Shown: in pieces, positions 37,217 through 50,525 of the stretch
Numbering within the stretch: the stretch's first letter is position 1
How the letters are laid out: every line of letters starts with the position of its first letter
Source of the DNA: Gnetum montanum
Taxonomy: Eukaryota > Plantae > Gnetophyta
NCBI GenBank assembly: GCA_015680685.1
Contig: MNCI01002540.1
Location: forward strand, 150,742-214,741
Length of the DNA stretch: 64,000 bases
Reading direction: 5' to 3'
Position numbers and translations under genes: made by a program
Notes under the pieces: model-generated
Database searches by the model: none
What the model saw: only the letters and a program-made list of their open reading frames with translations
Told to the model about the DNA's origin: nothing

Positions 37217-40200
37217 GACTAGAGTATGTGTACCTAGAAGCAAATTAGTATGCCTTTGAGCCTAAGTGGGCCTCATGGTGATGTTGAATGGTGTATTGAT
37301 CCTAATTGTTTAGATCTTGAGCTTGAGAATCTTGTTGACCAAATAGCTTCAATAGAGAAACATTTAGAGTGGCTTGAAATCCTAGACAAAACCCTTGACC
37401 TTGAAGTTGATGACATTACCAAAGACTCTCTAGCTGAGGTTCCTATCATGACACATAGTGGTAAGGAGAAAACCCTATAACTAAGTTTCTTATTGGAACC
37501 TCAGTAGGCTCAAGGCATCACTAAGGTCCTACAAGAAAACATTAAGGTCTTTGCTTGGTCATATGAGAATATGCTAGGTCTTGACCCATGCCTAGTACAG
37601 CACAACATCATACTTGATCCTAGCATTAGACCAATTAAGAAAAAAGTTGATAAGATTAGACTTGGTTTGGCCTTAGTAGTTCATGATGAAATTACAAAAC
37701 TGCACCAAGCTAGTTTCATTAGAGCTACCGATTACATTAAATGGGTGTCCAACATAGTGGTAGTCCCTAAGAAAAACAAGAGTATATGTATTTGCATAGA
37801 TTTTCAAGACCTAAACAAGGCAACTATCAAAGATGATTTTCCTTTGCCTAGTATTGATCAACTTATCAATCCTATGGCTTGACATGTCTTATTATCCTTT
37901 ATGGATGGGTTCTTGGGATACAACCTGATTAGGGTTAACCCAAAACATCAACTAGTACAACCTTCATGACCCCTTAGGGTACCTTTTGCTATACTATGAT
38001 ATTCTTTGGCCTAAAGAATCAATTAGTAATCTACCAAAGAGCTATGATGTATATCTTTAGTGATTATATGCTAGGTTTGCTCAATGATTATGTCGATGAC
38101 ATAGTTGTTAAGTCCAAAGTGGCCAACAACCATCTTCATGACCTTGACCTTGTACTTAAATGATGTCTCAAGTATGAGCTTAGGATTAATCCTAAAAAGT
38201 GTGTTTTTGGCATTAAAACAGGTAAGATGCTTGGCTTTGTAGTATATGAAGCAAGAGTACATGTGGATCTTGGTAAGGTTAAGGTCATATCCAACTTGGT
38301 ACACTGACTAACCTTAAGGAGCTTTGGGGATTGCAAGGCAAATTACAATTTATCTATAGGTTTATTGCTAGGCTTATGGATTAGTTACAATTAATGCAAC
38401 ACTTGCTTAAGAAAAGAGTTCACTATGAGTGGACGGCTCAATGCTAAGAAGCCTTTAAAAAACCTTAAGCAAGCATTCACACAAATATTCATAATTTATC
38501 CTCCATAAGAAGATAAACCTATTTACATATACCTTGTTATCTTTGACTTAACTATTACCTCTCTACTCTGTTAGAAATAAGATTATGAAGCAAAGTTATC
38601 CATATACTACTTAAGCCATACATTAGTTGCCCATGAGAACCGATACACCAAAGTAGAGAATTATTATCTAGCCCTAGTCTTCTCATTGAAGAAGTGGAGA
38701 CACTACATCTTTAGAATCTTGGTCAATGTCATTTGCAAAGACAATGTACTTAGATCCATAATGAAAAATATCTATGAAACTAGTGATATAGCTCATTGGA
38801 AATCTATAATAGTGGAGTTTGACCTTTATTACATTTCATGAATCTCAACAAAAGATCAAGCTATAGCTGTACAACTTACAGTTTCATTAGTCAATGACTA
38901 TGCAACCATTGACCCTAAATTCCTTGACAAACACGTCAACATTGTTAGCCAAGTATCCAAGGGCTATGAGGTGGTCATGCACTTTAATGGAGCTTCAACT
39001 ACCTATGGGGATAGTGTTGTTTCCATCATAACATTCCAATATGGTGAAATCCAATCCTTTACTTACATTTCAAATTTCCATGTACTAACAATATAGCAGA
39101 CTATGAGGGTTTGATCAAGGAAATGATGGTAGCTCATGACCTAAGAATAAAATTCTTAATGATCAAACATGATTCACAACTTGTGGTTAACCAAGTAACC
39201 AAGGTTTATGCATGCAAAGCCAAACATTTACAACCTTATTGTGACTTAGGGAAGAAACTGATGCAACAATTTGCAAACATTGATATCTAAAATGTACCTC
39301 AAAATGAGAACATCATAGCCGATGCCATTGTAATGCTAGCCATTAGTGTGATGCCAGATGTGTTTAGCAAGTTGTCCTTCTTAAACTATGAACTATGCTA
39401 TTCCCATCATGTAAGACACTAAAGATGACTCCATAGTCGTAGTTCATATTGCTCTTGTAAAGGAGTGGTATGATGATATCAAGTTTTACCTTATGCATGG
39501 TAAAACTTCACAAGGATTGACTACTATTCAAAAGGATGTTGTACATAAATGATCAAAAGAGTATGTTATCATAGGAAATAACACATTATGTCAATGATCC
39601 TATGATGGTATGTCATTAGTGTGATTAGGTAAAACAAAAGCTCACATAATCCTAGAGTAGGTTCACAAAGGTGTATGTGGGGAACATATAGAACCTAGAG
39701 CCATGGCTGCCATGATTAGATGGTTAGGCTATTACTGGACTTATATGGAAAATGACTACCTAAAGAAGGTTAAAACTTGTGACACATGCCACTGGCATAG
39801 AAATTTTATACATGTATCACCAAATGAGATACACATTGCTTAGATACCTTGGTTGTTTCAAGGGTGGGCGTTGGATATCATTGGACCCACAACGCTTAAG
39901 TCCTCTACAGGGCATAACTTTATCATCACTACAACTGAATACTTCACGAAGTGGGTTGAAGTTATTTCCCTATGGAAGACAACATCTTAACAAGTTTGTA
40001 AATTCATACTGGATAACATAGTAGCTCATTTTGGCATACCTATGACCATAGTCACTAATAATGGACCACAATTTAGTAGTCAAGAAATGAAAAATTTTTA
40101 TCATTACATAGGCATTAAGCATTGCTTCTCATCACTGTACTATCCTCAAGCTAATGAGCAAGACAAAGTAAGAAATAATGCAATTATAATATTTCCCAAG

Positions 40201-40695
40201 AAGATGTTGAAAAAAAACAAACATAAATGGAATGAGTAGCTTGTCCATGCACTTTGGGCCTATCAAACCACAACTGGTGTAACCCCATATAGCTTGGTTT
40301 ATGATTTTGATGCTACTTTACCTCTTGAATTATAGGTGCCATTGCTCCAAGTAGCCTTATTAGACTTCATCAATGATGAACACAACAAGGAGTTGCACAC
40401 CATGGACTTGGACTCAGTGGAGGAGCAACAGGTGCAAACGCTTTCTCATATTGAATAGTACGAGGAGAGGCAAAAACGACAACACCACCATAACTTGAAC
40501 AAGCACAAGATCAAGGAAGGAGACTTGGTCCTCAAAGTTATCCATGAGCATGCAGACAAATTCTTAGCCAAGTAAGAGGGACCTTTCTTAATCACTAAGG
40601 CCTATGACAACAAAGCCTTTAGGATAGAAAACATGGATGGGAATGAGTTGGATAATTTGATCAATCATTCCTATCTAAAGCCCTATACATGTAGC
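37217..40695 (+). pseudogene. Element B RT - RNase H - archaeal-type RNase H - integrase, degenerate
   Basis: ORF 37571..37882 (WVSNIVVVPKKN..ICIDFQDLNKA..KDDFPLP); YVDD at 38089-38100; aRH HFNGAS and CTNNIADYEGL (about 38980-39110); INT TNNGPQF, YYPQAN, GPF; preceded by a T-rich tract and TGCAG acceptor-like site ending at 37216. Confidence 0.9.
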
Positions 40696-41762
40696 CTATG
40701 AAGATCAATAGTTGACATTGATGACCTTTGACAAGTGAGCTTGCATGACCTCTTTTTAAACTTTGATGCATATCTCTTTTGGATGTATTGATTGTGACCT
40801 ATGATAGCTTGGTTTGCTGATCATTTTATATAGCCTTATGCACTATCATGTAACAACACATTTTATTTATCTTGTTTCTTGTTCACTTGGAGTTATGCTT
40901 GTAGGGTTAAGCTCAAAGCCACTGCAAAGTTAAAACTCATCACAGTAGCAAGTCACCAAGTAACCTTGATGTGTAAGATTTAATGAGTTTGTCCAACTAT
41001 TTCAAGAGTGCTTATGCCATTTTCATCTTATTTTCATTTCCATGAACCCAACCCCATAACTTGATTATGACCTTCCTTACCTTAAGTGACAGTGGTGACC
41101 AATGTCTAACACTCATGTGCTATGACCATATGACATCCCTTTGTTATGCTCCATTGACAACCCATTGGGTGTAACACATCTTGTTTAGCGGGAAAACCAA
41201 ATCAAGTCCATCAAATGTGATGCATCTTATTCAATGGAAAGACCAAATCAAACTTGCCTTTGGCAAAGAAATCCAATGAAGGTTTCACCCCAAAAAAATA
41301 AATGGGAAAGCAAATTGCTAGGGAGTTGAAAGACTAATGAAGACCAAAAGGATGAGTCAATGGCTCCAAACATGCAAAGGAAGAAGCCTTACAGACAAAG
41401 AAAACCCTGTAGTAAGGTGTTGGTTTCTGAAAATGCATTGCTGAGTGACCAACAGTTCAAAGCACCAAGTGTGAAGCCTTTATTAATTGACTAACATGTC
41501 AGTGCCATATTGTAGCCATGAAGTGAACTTATGGAATTCATTGTTAATGCTCATGATCATTTTCTAGTAGCCAAATATTTCCTTTACCCTTTTTTATCTC
41601 ATCATAACCTTATCCCATCATCACAAGCACTCTTTGGCATGGTTCAACACTACTCAGTTAAGCATGAAGAGGAAACATCAATGATGGATTCGCAGTGGTA
41701 TTTTGTATTCTTTGTTAGTGCCTTTTGAGTCAATTCTCAAGACACCAACAAAGATGGGCCAA

Positions 41763-43152
41763 TGAAACACCACCAAGAAAACTCATGTTGTTATCCTTTT
41801 GCATTGTAACTCTCACCCCATGAAACCAAAGGTTAAAACTTCATTGTAAAATGTGAAGATTGTAGTCCAAGAGATGCAATTTCACATCCTTTAGATTTTT
41901 GAGTTGAAAAATGCCTCATAAGTGGTTAAAGCCTCAACCCCCAAGTAAAAAAGTCATAGTATGTCCACATTTGGGTTAGGAGGGGATTAAAAATGCCTTT
42001 TGGACTACCAAAATTAGCATTTTCATGGGTTTTGTAGGGTATATAATCTTTGGTATGTTAGAAACACCTATTTTTTGTGTTTGAAGGGGGGGGGGGGGGG
42101 GGCGAGTAACATCACCTATGCCCAACATTGGGGGGTATAACTCCTACCCCCCAGCATTGCTACTACACTCCCAATGTTGCACCTTCCTCACCGCCAGAAT
42201 TTCTCTAGCTTGGCACTAGCACTTCAGCATTGTTCCAACCTTAGTGGTGTCTCCTGTAGCTTTAGCATGGGTTTCATACCTCCAGTGTGATTTCTACAAG
42301 CCCAGTGTTGCTGTTGGAAGGCCCAATGTGGGTGGAAGAAGGTAGCATGGTTAAAATTCTTGCTTAAATTTTTGGTAAATGGAATGGTTTTGATGCCATG
42401 GGGTGTTATCAAAACTTACCATACATAGAAATCATGCTAAATTTAGACACCTACAATCCCTATATGTAATAGCAATCTATCAATAATTAGATAGAAATTT
42501 GTAGCAAAATTTATGGCATAAACCTATAAAAACCAAGCTAAAACACCATGAAGGGGTTCTAGGAATTTTGAAATTCCACTTCTTTAACGTTCAAGAGCTT
42601 TGAAAATTTATTGCACGCACAAAAATTTTGAGAGAAAATTTTAGTGTGAACCCATAGACATTGTAACTACTTTTACCCCGCTTAAGATTGTGTACTATTG
42701 TAGCAACACTGAAGCAACTTGGACATTGAGACTTCCAACATGGCTCTTCTTTGTAACTCAAAAGCCCCACACATCTTACCCCCTGTACCATCAACATTGT
42801 AGATTTGGTGAGAAGTGTAGCATGGTTTTACAGTTTCAAAAACTATGGAGTGTCTAGATCGTGGGGTTGATTGTGGCATCCAAAGTCACTGGTTTCAACA
42901 GATTTCAAGTTTGCAGTTCCATTCGTTATGCAAGATAGTGTAAGTTTGTTATGCATTTTGTGCATCTATTTTCATATTTGTATTGCAATTTCATCTTATT
43001 ACCCTCGTTGACATTCTGTAAGTCCCTAGATGGTTGACAAAACTATCCAGGGCACCTTGGATCCTATTTTTTGGGGCCCTTGGGGTTCGAGGTTAAAACT
43101 CTCTTGGCTAGGATCTTTAATTTTTCTAGCACCAAATTTTCTAGTTGCTACA
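41763..43152 (+). repeat. 3' LTR of element B
   Basis: Aligns with 14685..16164 with an internal deletion of roughly 90 bp near 42905; ends CTACA. Confidence 0.9.
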
Positions 43153-43157
43153 CTCTA

Positions 43158-43340
43158 TTAGAACCCCATGCACGTGCCTTAATGGAAAAAATTTTAAACG
43201 TTATGGGATGGCCCTTACATTATATACAAAACCTTTTCATTCAAGGCCATGATGATATACCATTTGTACAACCCAAGTAAAATATTTTTGATCAACACCC
43301 AACTTAAACCTTTCCTTGAACCAAAAACAACCAATGGAAC
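43158..43340 (+). pseudogene. C-terminal end of element A integrase (GPY/F motif)
   Basis: Continues GDKVL from 14670; tgggatggcccttacatt encodes WDGPYI. Confidence 0.75.
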
Positions 43341-44844
43341 AAAAGCCTCAACTAATGGTCATGCATGTTCAATTTTTTGAATCTTATCCTTCCAACTTAG
43401 TCATGGGGGAGATGCCTATTAATGTTGATATCAAATGAGTAACTTCTCAATTTTCAAATTTTTTGTTTTACATCATTTTTATATGTTTTTTATTTTCTTG
43501 AATATTTTACAATTTTTTATACATTTTTTCATATTTGGACTTTTCTTACATTTCTTCCTTTTCTTTATTTCCATTAGAACTTTCATGCCAAACACAGCTA
43601 CTAATTGATGAAGGTTTGTAACTTGCATTGTTTAATTGATTGCAAATGATTGATTTTCATCTTAGAATTTTGATGTTAATTAATGGAACGTTGATCTTTT
43701 CATGATATCAGGTAGTGAGTTCATGTCATGTACCATTGCACATAACTCTATGGTATTTCCTCATTTCAGAAATATGAGGTCCTTTCTTAATAACAACTTA
43801 CATTGAATTTGTGACCTTGGTACTTCCCAAAACTTGGGGCAAATTACATGGACAAACAAGGGTGTAGCTTTAAGGGGATTTGTTACCTTTTGTACCTACC
43901 TACCTTCTAGGGTTGCATGAATATTTCCATGGATTCCTCACCATTCCTACATCGACTAATAAATTGAAAGTAATATCTTTGCATGGTGTGATTCTCATTA
44001 GCACAAAAAAGAAAGAAAGAAAGAAAAAAAGGCACAAACCAATAATGGTAATTCAAAGCACATACCTTAGACATAGTAACAAGCAACAAGCATGGGTTAT
44101 GGGGCTGGAAATACATGTTACCCATGCTTGAAGGCACCCTCTTAACTAAGGCCCTTGTCACTTATGTTTCTTTTTTCTTCTTTCTTAGGAATAATGAGTG
44201 GTTTGTGGGGATGTTCTTGTACCTTGAAGGGTGGAATGATCTAAAGTGCTAATGTGAAGTCACTAGAAATGGATGGTCTTGATTCTGACAAAGGATGGAA
44301 GCTATCATGTCATACTACTCACATTCTCCAGAAGGGACTTCATGTGAGCAAAATGTGGGACTCCATTCCATACGCTCTCTCTCATCCACATGTTCTTCCC
44401 ATGTACCACCTCATTACATGTTCTAATGATTGTATTGATGGATTCATTTTGAGATGGTCTTAATTCTTTGATGGTTTCTTTGGTGATTCAGTTTTTTAAC
44501 AATTCATAATCATTAATCATCCTTGGGGCCCATGGACTCCTTGGTTTGAGGGCATGCAAGGACATTAAGGGCATAAACCTACTATGGGGAGAACCCACTT
44601 GGATACTCCTTAGCTAGGATGGTTAAATTCCTTATCTATTTAGCATTTTGCTTTCAAAACCTTTATTTTTCACCTTGGTGCATCCAGTTTTTGCACTCCT
44701 TAGCAATTAATCTCCTACTAAATCTCCTTTCCAAACATATTCCCAGCCCTTATGCTAGGCTTTTCTGGCTTCCTCTAAACCCTAATTTCATGGAAAAACT
44801 CCTTTTTCTTAGTTTTTTAGTTATGAAAATTTTGATTTTTGGCT

Positions 44845-44921
44845 ACGTTGACACATCCCTGTCAATATAGCCTAATGCGTTGACACATCCCTATTGACAT
44901 AGCATAAAAATAGTATAAATA
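44845..44921 (+). promoter_or_regulatory. Putative internal promoter of the element A accessory ORF
   Basis: Two tandem units of about 32 bp with four decayed GTCGAC-type motifs (gttgac, gtcaat, gttgac, attgac) followed by TATAAATA at 44914; the same motif-then-TATA layout occurs in the A and F LTRs. Confidence 0.55.
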
Positions 44922-45559
44922 CACAATGGAAGTTGGAAAAATTTTTACATTTGCCTCATAACAATAGAGGAGTTGATGCAAATTTTAGAGCCTAGAGCCT
45001 TCTTGAGCCCATAACTTCTAACTGCTTGTTTGAATCAACTCGTTCTTTGACCTTGCAACTATTGGAGGTGAGCTTTATGTTATGGGGACCACAAACCTAT
45101 GATTTTTGACGAAAATTTTTTTAAAATTTTTCTAACTCCCATATGGCTTAACTAATAAAATGATATTAAACATCATTAATTAACCTCAGTTATACCTCAC
45201 CAAAAAACTTGAGTAGTCATTAGAATAAAATACTAATAAAATATTCAATCTACCATGATCACAAATTAGCCTAAGTGTAACTAGCCAAATGGGACAAGGT
45301 ATCAAAGTGTTATAAGTTACACATAAAACACTAATCCTTGGCTATGCCTGTAATAACAGATAGTGCCAAAGAGATTGTAGGAAGAAGGACCATCTCACCC
45401 ATGGAGAAGCAGCTATGAGGGGTAAGGGGCCAATAGCCACAATAGTCCCAAGAAGGCAAAGGAGAAACACATACCATGGGACCTCTTTGGGAGGATCTTG
45501 AAGTGGAATCTGTTCGTTAGATTCCCACCAAAAAAATAGTACAGTTTAGTTAAGACAAG

Positions 45560-48500
45560 TGATGAGTGGCGAGGTACCCCTCCACTCAACCATACGAATA
45601 TGAGCATTACACATGTGATCCGGTCAAACTCCGCAAATGGAGTAGTTGTGGCATCTAGAAAGTTAGCCTTAGGTTGCAGTTCGCTGTCTTCCCACTTGGA
45701 CTAGTATTATCTTTGTCACATATGGTTTAGTCCAGAGTGAGGTGTATGATGTGGTTCCTAATCTAATGCTACTCTTGAAAGCAATGGAAAGTAATATTAT
45801 CTAAGCTAGGAGAGAGAGGGTAAGAGAATCTAAACTAGCCTAAGTGTGATGAGCATCTGTTCCTTGATTATCCGTACACATCTTGGACTTCGTGCATGAC
45901 TACTACTAGGATTACCAAGCGTAGATCCTTGGTACGCTACTAGTTTACCAAGTAGTCACACTTAAATGCTCGTAATTAAGTCATAGTCATTCTACGTTTT
46001 AACATGAGTTAAGGGTGAGACGATATTAACTAGGAAAGTAGTAAATGACAATTAAATAGATGATTAAGCTAAGTGAATGCTACAATGATGAAGTAATCTT
46101 GATCTTTATTGTCGATCATGTGCGTGTCCAAGTATGTCACACTCGAATATAGGATGCCGTACAATTACAATCACCACACTGTGGGCATATACTACGGGAA
46201 GGACGCGATATCGTAGCCCATGCGATAACACGGCTGTGATATCATGGCAGCGATATCACAGCCACTGTGATATCACGGCTATGATATCACAATAGCGATA
46301 TCACAGCCACTGTGATATCACGGCTGCGATATCACAATAGTGATATCACAGCCAGAAAATTCATGACTCATCATACGCCCATGACTAAATGAAAAATTGT
46401 CCTCGAGTTACAGAGAGATCAAGCTCCATTGATTACATAGTGACATGAGGCACAACAAAAATACCGAATTTTTAAAGGATTTTCTTGAAATCAATGTTGT
46501 AAGTTGAGGACATTGGGCTATTGTTCAGAAGTCCTTGGGTAATTAGATGGTTTGGAAGGCACAAATAATTATGATGGTGTGGATTTTATCACTAAAAACT
46601 TAGGTGGTAAGAAAAAGGTGATGTGATGGTTCCTGGGAATGTTGAAATTCAGAGGGGTAATATTAAGGAAAGAAAATCATTTTGAAAATTATGCTGAGGG
46701 TAAGAAATGGTGTGTGAGAGTTATGTCATGAGTGAAGATTACAAAAGATTACACAAGTGGGTCCTCCCCAAAGCAGGTTCCAACCTATAATTCCCTTGTG
46801 TAACCACACTTAAAGTGTCCGTGGGCACTAGAAGGGTTAAATGTAATCTGCACTAACTTCACAAAGCACACACATGTAATTATCACCGGAATGAGGTAAG
46901 AATTATATGCTACATGGGACACAAACAACAATTACACGAATAGTGAGATGAGACGAACTATAGAAATGGATCATAGAGATTGGGACATGAGGTAACTGAC
47001 CCAGGACACAGTGAATCATGCGTGTAAAGCATGATTAAGGTGTCATTAACTCGTCGTTCCAAGATCAGGACCAAGTCCATTCCTCTAACCAATGACATCA
47101 CATTGTTTCATCACATGATGAACAACTATGGGAGTACCATAACAACAAGGCATACAATCATTTGGCGTTTTGTGCAAGGGAGGAGTGATTTTTGTTTTGT
47201 GGCACTTTTCATTTCTTTTTCTTTTTCTTTTTTTTTTGAATATTGAATCCAGAGAAGCCGCCAACCTTCAGGCATGGGTGCATGTCTTTCCAGTGGAACC
47301 CCCTAAAACAACATTGAGTTTTTGAGTGCCCTTTTGATTACTCTTACTCCCATTTTTCGTTAGATCTACAAGGATCTTAGTATAACTAGGTTTCATGATA
47401 ACTCCCACAGATGTCACCAAAGAGAATCCACAAGTCCCCTTGATGTCACACCCTAATCATTCCCTCTTGGTCCATCCTTCTTCATTCTAGGTACAATGAA
47501 CACAAAATTAATTTTAAGTTTTAAAAATGTCAAGAATATCACTGTACCCTCGAATAGAACCTCTTATTTGTAGAGTGGATGAGTGGGTGTAATGGGCTCA
47601 CTGTTCCAAATAATTGATTGCTCGAGACTTGATAACATAGAACACACCTCAACCAATGATCCACATGAGTGTTTTATTCGTAGACAAGATTACTTGTAAA
47701 AAATAGAAAAGGACAAAAAGAAAAAAAGATAAAAAAAGGGATAAAACAAGAAATTGAAAATAAAAATAAAAATTGGAAAACAAAAATTTGTAAAATTAAT
47801 GAAAAGAAAACAAAAAGTGGTTATTAATCCTGCTTGCTATTAGAATGGGGGATATCCCTCATAGCTAAACGGTTGAGGATGGCAAGGATTAATAATTGAC
47901 GACAGGGATCCTTGCATGTTGGGAGTATTGGATCTTGGCCATACTTACCCCGTTGGGTTTCACACACTGGGTTATAATAAGCATAGTGGGGAAATTTATA
48001 CAATGTAGTTCCCAGATAACAAGTTGACCCACTATGATATTTGGGACTGTTAGATAGTATGCAAGGATCAGGATGTTGCCTTCCATGACTGTGTTCATTA
48101 GGCCGTATGGTTGTTGGAGTGTTAGTTGGTGGCCCTAATGAAGTAACATGAGGTGTTGCGTGCAAAGATAAGGGTTCACCACAGTGTTGGACTTGTGCTG
48201 AGTTAGAGGATGCAACAGCCTTGGAATTGTGTTGTCCCTTCTTATAGTCATGTTTAAAGAAGGGGTGCTTTTGATGTTGAGGAGGCTTTTCACTGCTGTT
48301 GGTAGTAGCGGCACAAGTGGTGTTCACGGGTTGTTGCTATGGTGTAGACATCTTAGGAACAGTTGGTGGCGATGTGGAAGAAGGGAAAGGATGAGAATGT
48401 TGAAAATTAAGAGAAGTGTAAGGTGCACAAGGTGGTGGTTGTGTTGAGGGCATGGGCTGATAGTATTGTGGAGAATTGTAATGTGATGCGATAGAGTATG

Positions 48501-50525
48501 GTGGCCTAGTTGGAGAAACATGATGTTGAACTTGATAAGTGTTTGGATTCAGATAACATGAAGGGTGTCTCTAGTGTAGGGATGGTTTCTCCCACGGCTG
48601 GGATTGTTGCCACTGTGATCAAACATAGTATCTCTGTACGAATTCAGGATGTAGCATGTTCCCCCAATGCTCATATAAATGTAACAAGATTGGGCATTGA
48701 CCCTTGGGGTGATCGTATAGGCATATGTTACATTCATATGTATGATCAGCAGTTGAGCTCTTATTCCCTTCATTCTTTTTTTCTGAATGTCTAATGTTTT
48801 GTCCTGCTTCTTGGGTTGTCAAAACTCTATCTCCAATAATGTTGACACATTCTCCACACTTTTGATACGTCCATTCCAACATCTTATTGATCTTTGCCTT
48901 GACTTCCTCTAATGATTATTGTACTAGCAAAGATGGTTCTTTTTCCTTGTGTAGGTTGATTTCTTCTTTTTATGATCATGGACCTTTGTTAAATTGAGAT
49001 TTTGGTCTCGTTGGTGTTTTTCAACACTCTCCCATCTAGCCAATTGTCCTTCTTCTTTTGCTACCCACTTAATAAGCTCTTGGACTTGATGGGTTCATAG
49101 TTCATATAGTTGACCTTGGGCATACATTCCTAAGGTCTCTCTTGTTTCATCACGAAGCCCATCAATGATATGGTACTTTAGCCTTTCCTTGGAAAACCCA
49201 GGGCCTGGACAGTTGTTTAAAAGTGCATAATATCTTTCTAAGGCCATGTCTAAGGGTCCATGTTATGCTTGTTTCCACTCTTGGATTTGTTTCCTCAAGG
49301 TTGACACTCTTGTGTAGGTTTGATATCTTTTGCTAAAGAGTTCTACCATTATTGGCGAACATCGTATTGAATTTGGTTTTAATGATCTATACCATACTTT
49401 TGCTTAGCCAATGAGTGTCATAGAAAAGAGCTTCAGTTTTTGCCAACTATTATCAATGTTGTTCCATGTGTAGGCATTGTAGAAGGCTTGTAAATGTTGT
49501 TGCGGATCTAAGTCATAGCCTCCTGAAAAAGTAGGAAAGTTGTTTAAATCGAACCTGGGTAGAAGACTCTCTTTATGATGCCTATAGGAGATTCGAACAA
49601 CCTCTTGTATTTGCGTTGGGCTTGTAGTGGCCAGTAGGGGTTCATCATCATCTAGTAAGTTATGCTTTCATGTGTTGGGATGATGTTGCCTTTGTTTAGG
49701 TTTATAAGAAACCCCCACTTCGGATTGCATACTCCAATTTTCATTGTCAGATAATTTGTTGGTTCTCCAATGAATTTCCTCACTAGGTGTGGCATTATTG
49801 TAATCTTGTAGGAGAGGCATTATTGCAAAGTTGTGTGTGAATTTATGTGTGACTGTTTACAATTATTTCTTGCTAAAAGATGTATTTTTAATTTCTATAT
49901 AGCGACCTTGTATGATATAACTAATCTAGATAACTAGCACTATCCCCAGCAATGGCACCAATGATGAGTGGCGATGTACCCCTACACTCAACCATATGAA
50001 TACGAGCGTTACACGTGCAATCTAGTCGAACTTCGCAAACGGAGTCTTTGTGGCATCTAGAAAGTTAGCCTTAGGTCACAGTTCACTGTCTTCCCACTTG
50101 GACTATTATTATCTTTATCACTTATGGTTTAGTCCAAAGTGAGGTGTATGATGTGGTTCCTAATCTAATGCTACTCCTGAAAGCAATGGAAAGTAATATT
50201 GTCTAAGCTAGGAGAGAGAGGGTAAGAGAATCTAAACTAGCCTAAGTGCAATGAGCATCCGTTCCTTGATTATCCGTACACATCTTAGACTTCGTGCACG
50301 ACTACTATTGGGATTACCAAGTGCAGATCCTAGTTACGCTACTAGGTTACCAAGTAGTCACACTTNAGGGCATACACTGGAAAATAATTCTATCTCTGGA
50401 GGGCTAAAACTGCTAGAGTTTCGCCAAGGGTCTAAATCTAGATGTGAAATAAGGGAGAGCCGCCTCTTATTTATAGAACTGGTGGCGGGCTGCGATATCA
50501 CAGCCAGCAAATTCATGACTCATCA
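45560..50525 (-). mobile_element. Element E: non-autonomous Athila-like LTR element (gag only)
   Basis: 5' LTR 50525..49962, PBS TGGTGCCATTGCTGGGGA (49960..49943), gag remnants about 49820..47824 (CLYDHPKGQCPILLHL in ORF 48619..48882 matches A and D), PPT then 3' LTR 46373..45560; perfect TSD ACAAG (45555-45559 / 50526-50530). Confidence 0.92.
46204..46353. repeat. Tandem array of about 11 GCGATATCAC/GTGATATCAC units in the E LTR
   Basis: GATATC-type cores recur every 13-16 bp; same motif as GCGATATCGC in the D LTRs. Confidence 0.9.

Larger units (their letters stand above)
14685..43152 (+). mobile_element. Element B: giant Tat-lineage (Ogre/Retand-type domain order) Ty3/gypsy element, about 20.8 kb net of nested C and D
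   Basis: LTRs 14685..16164 and 41763..43152; TSD CTTTA/CTCTA (1 mismatch); A integrase resumes after 43157 (..WDGPYII); PPT-like aaagatggg before the 3' LTR; pol carries a second, archaeal-type RNase H between RH and INT. Confidence 0.9.
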
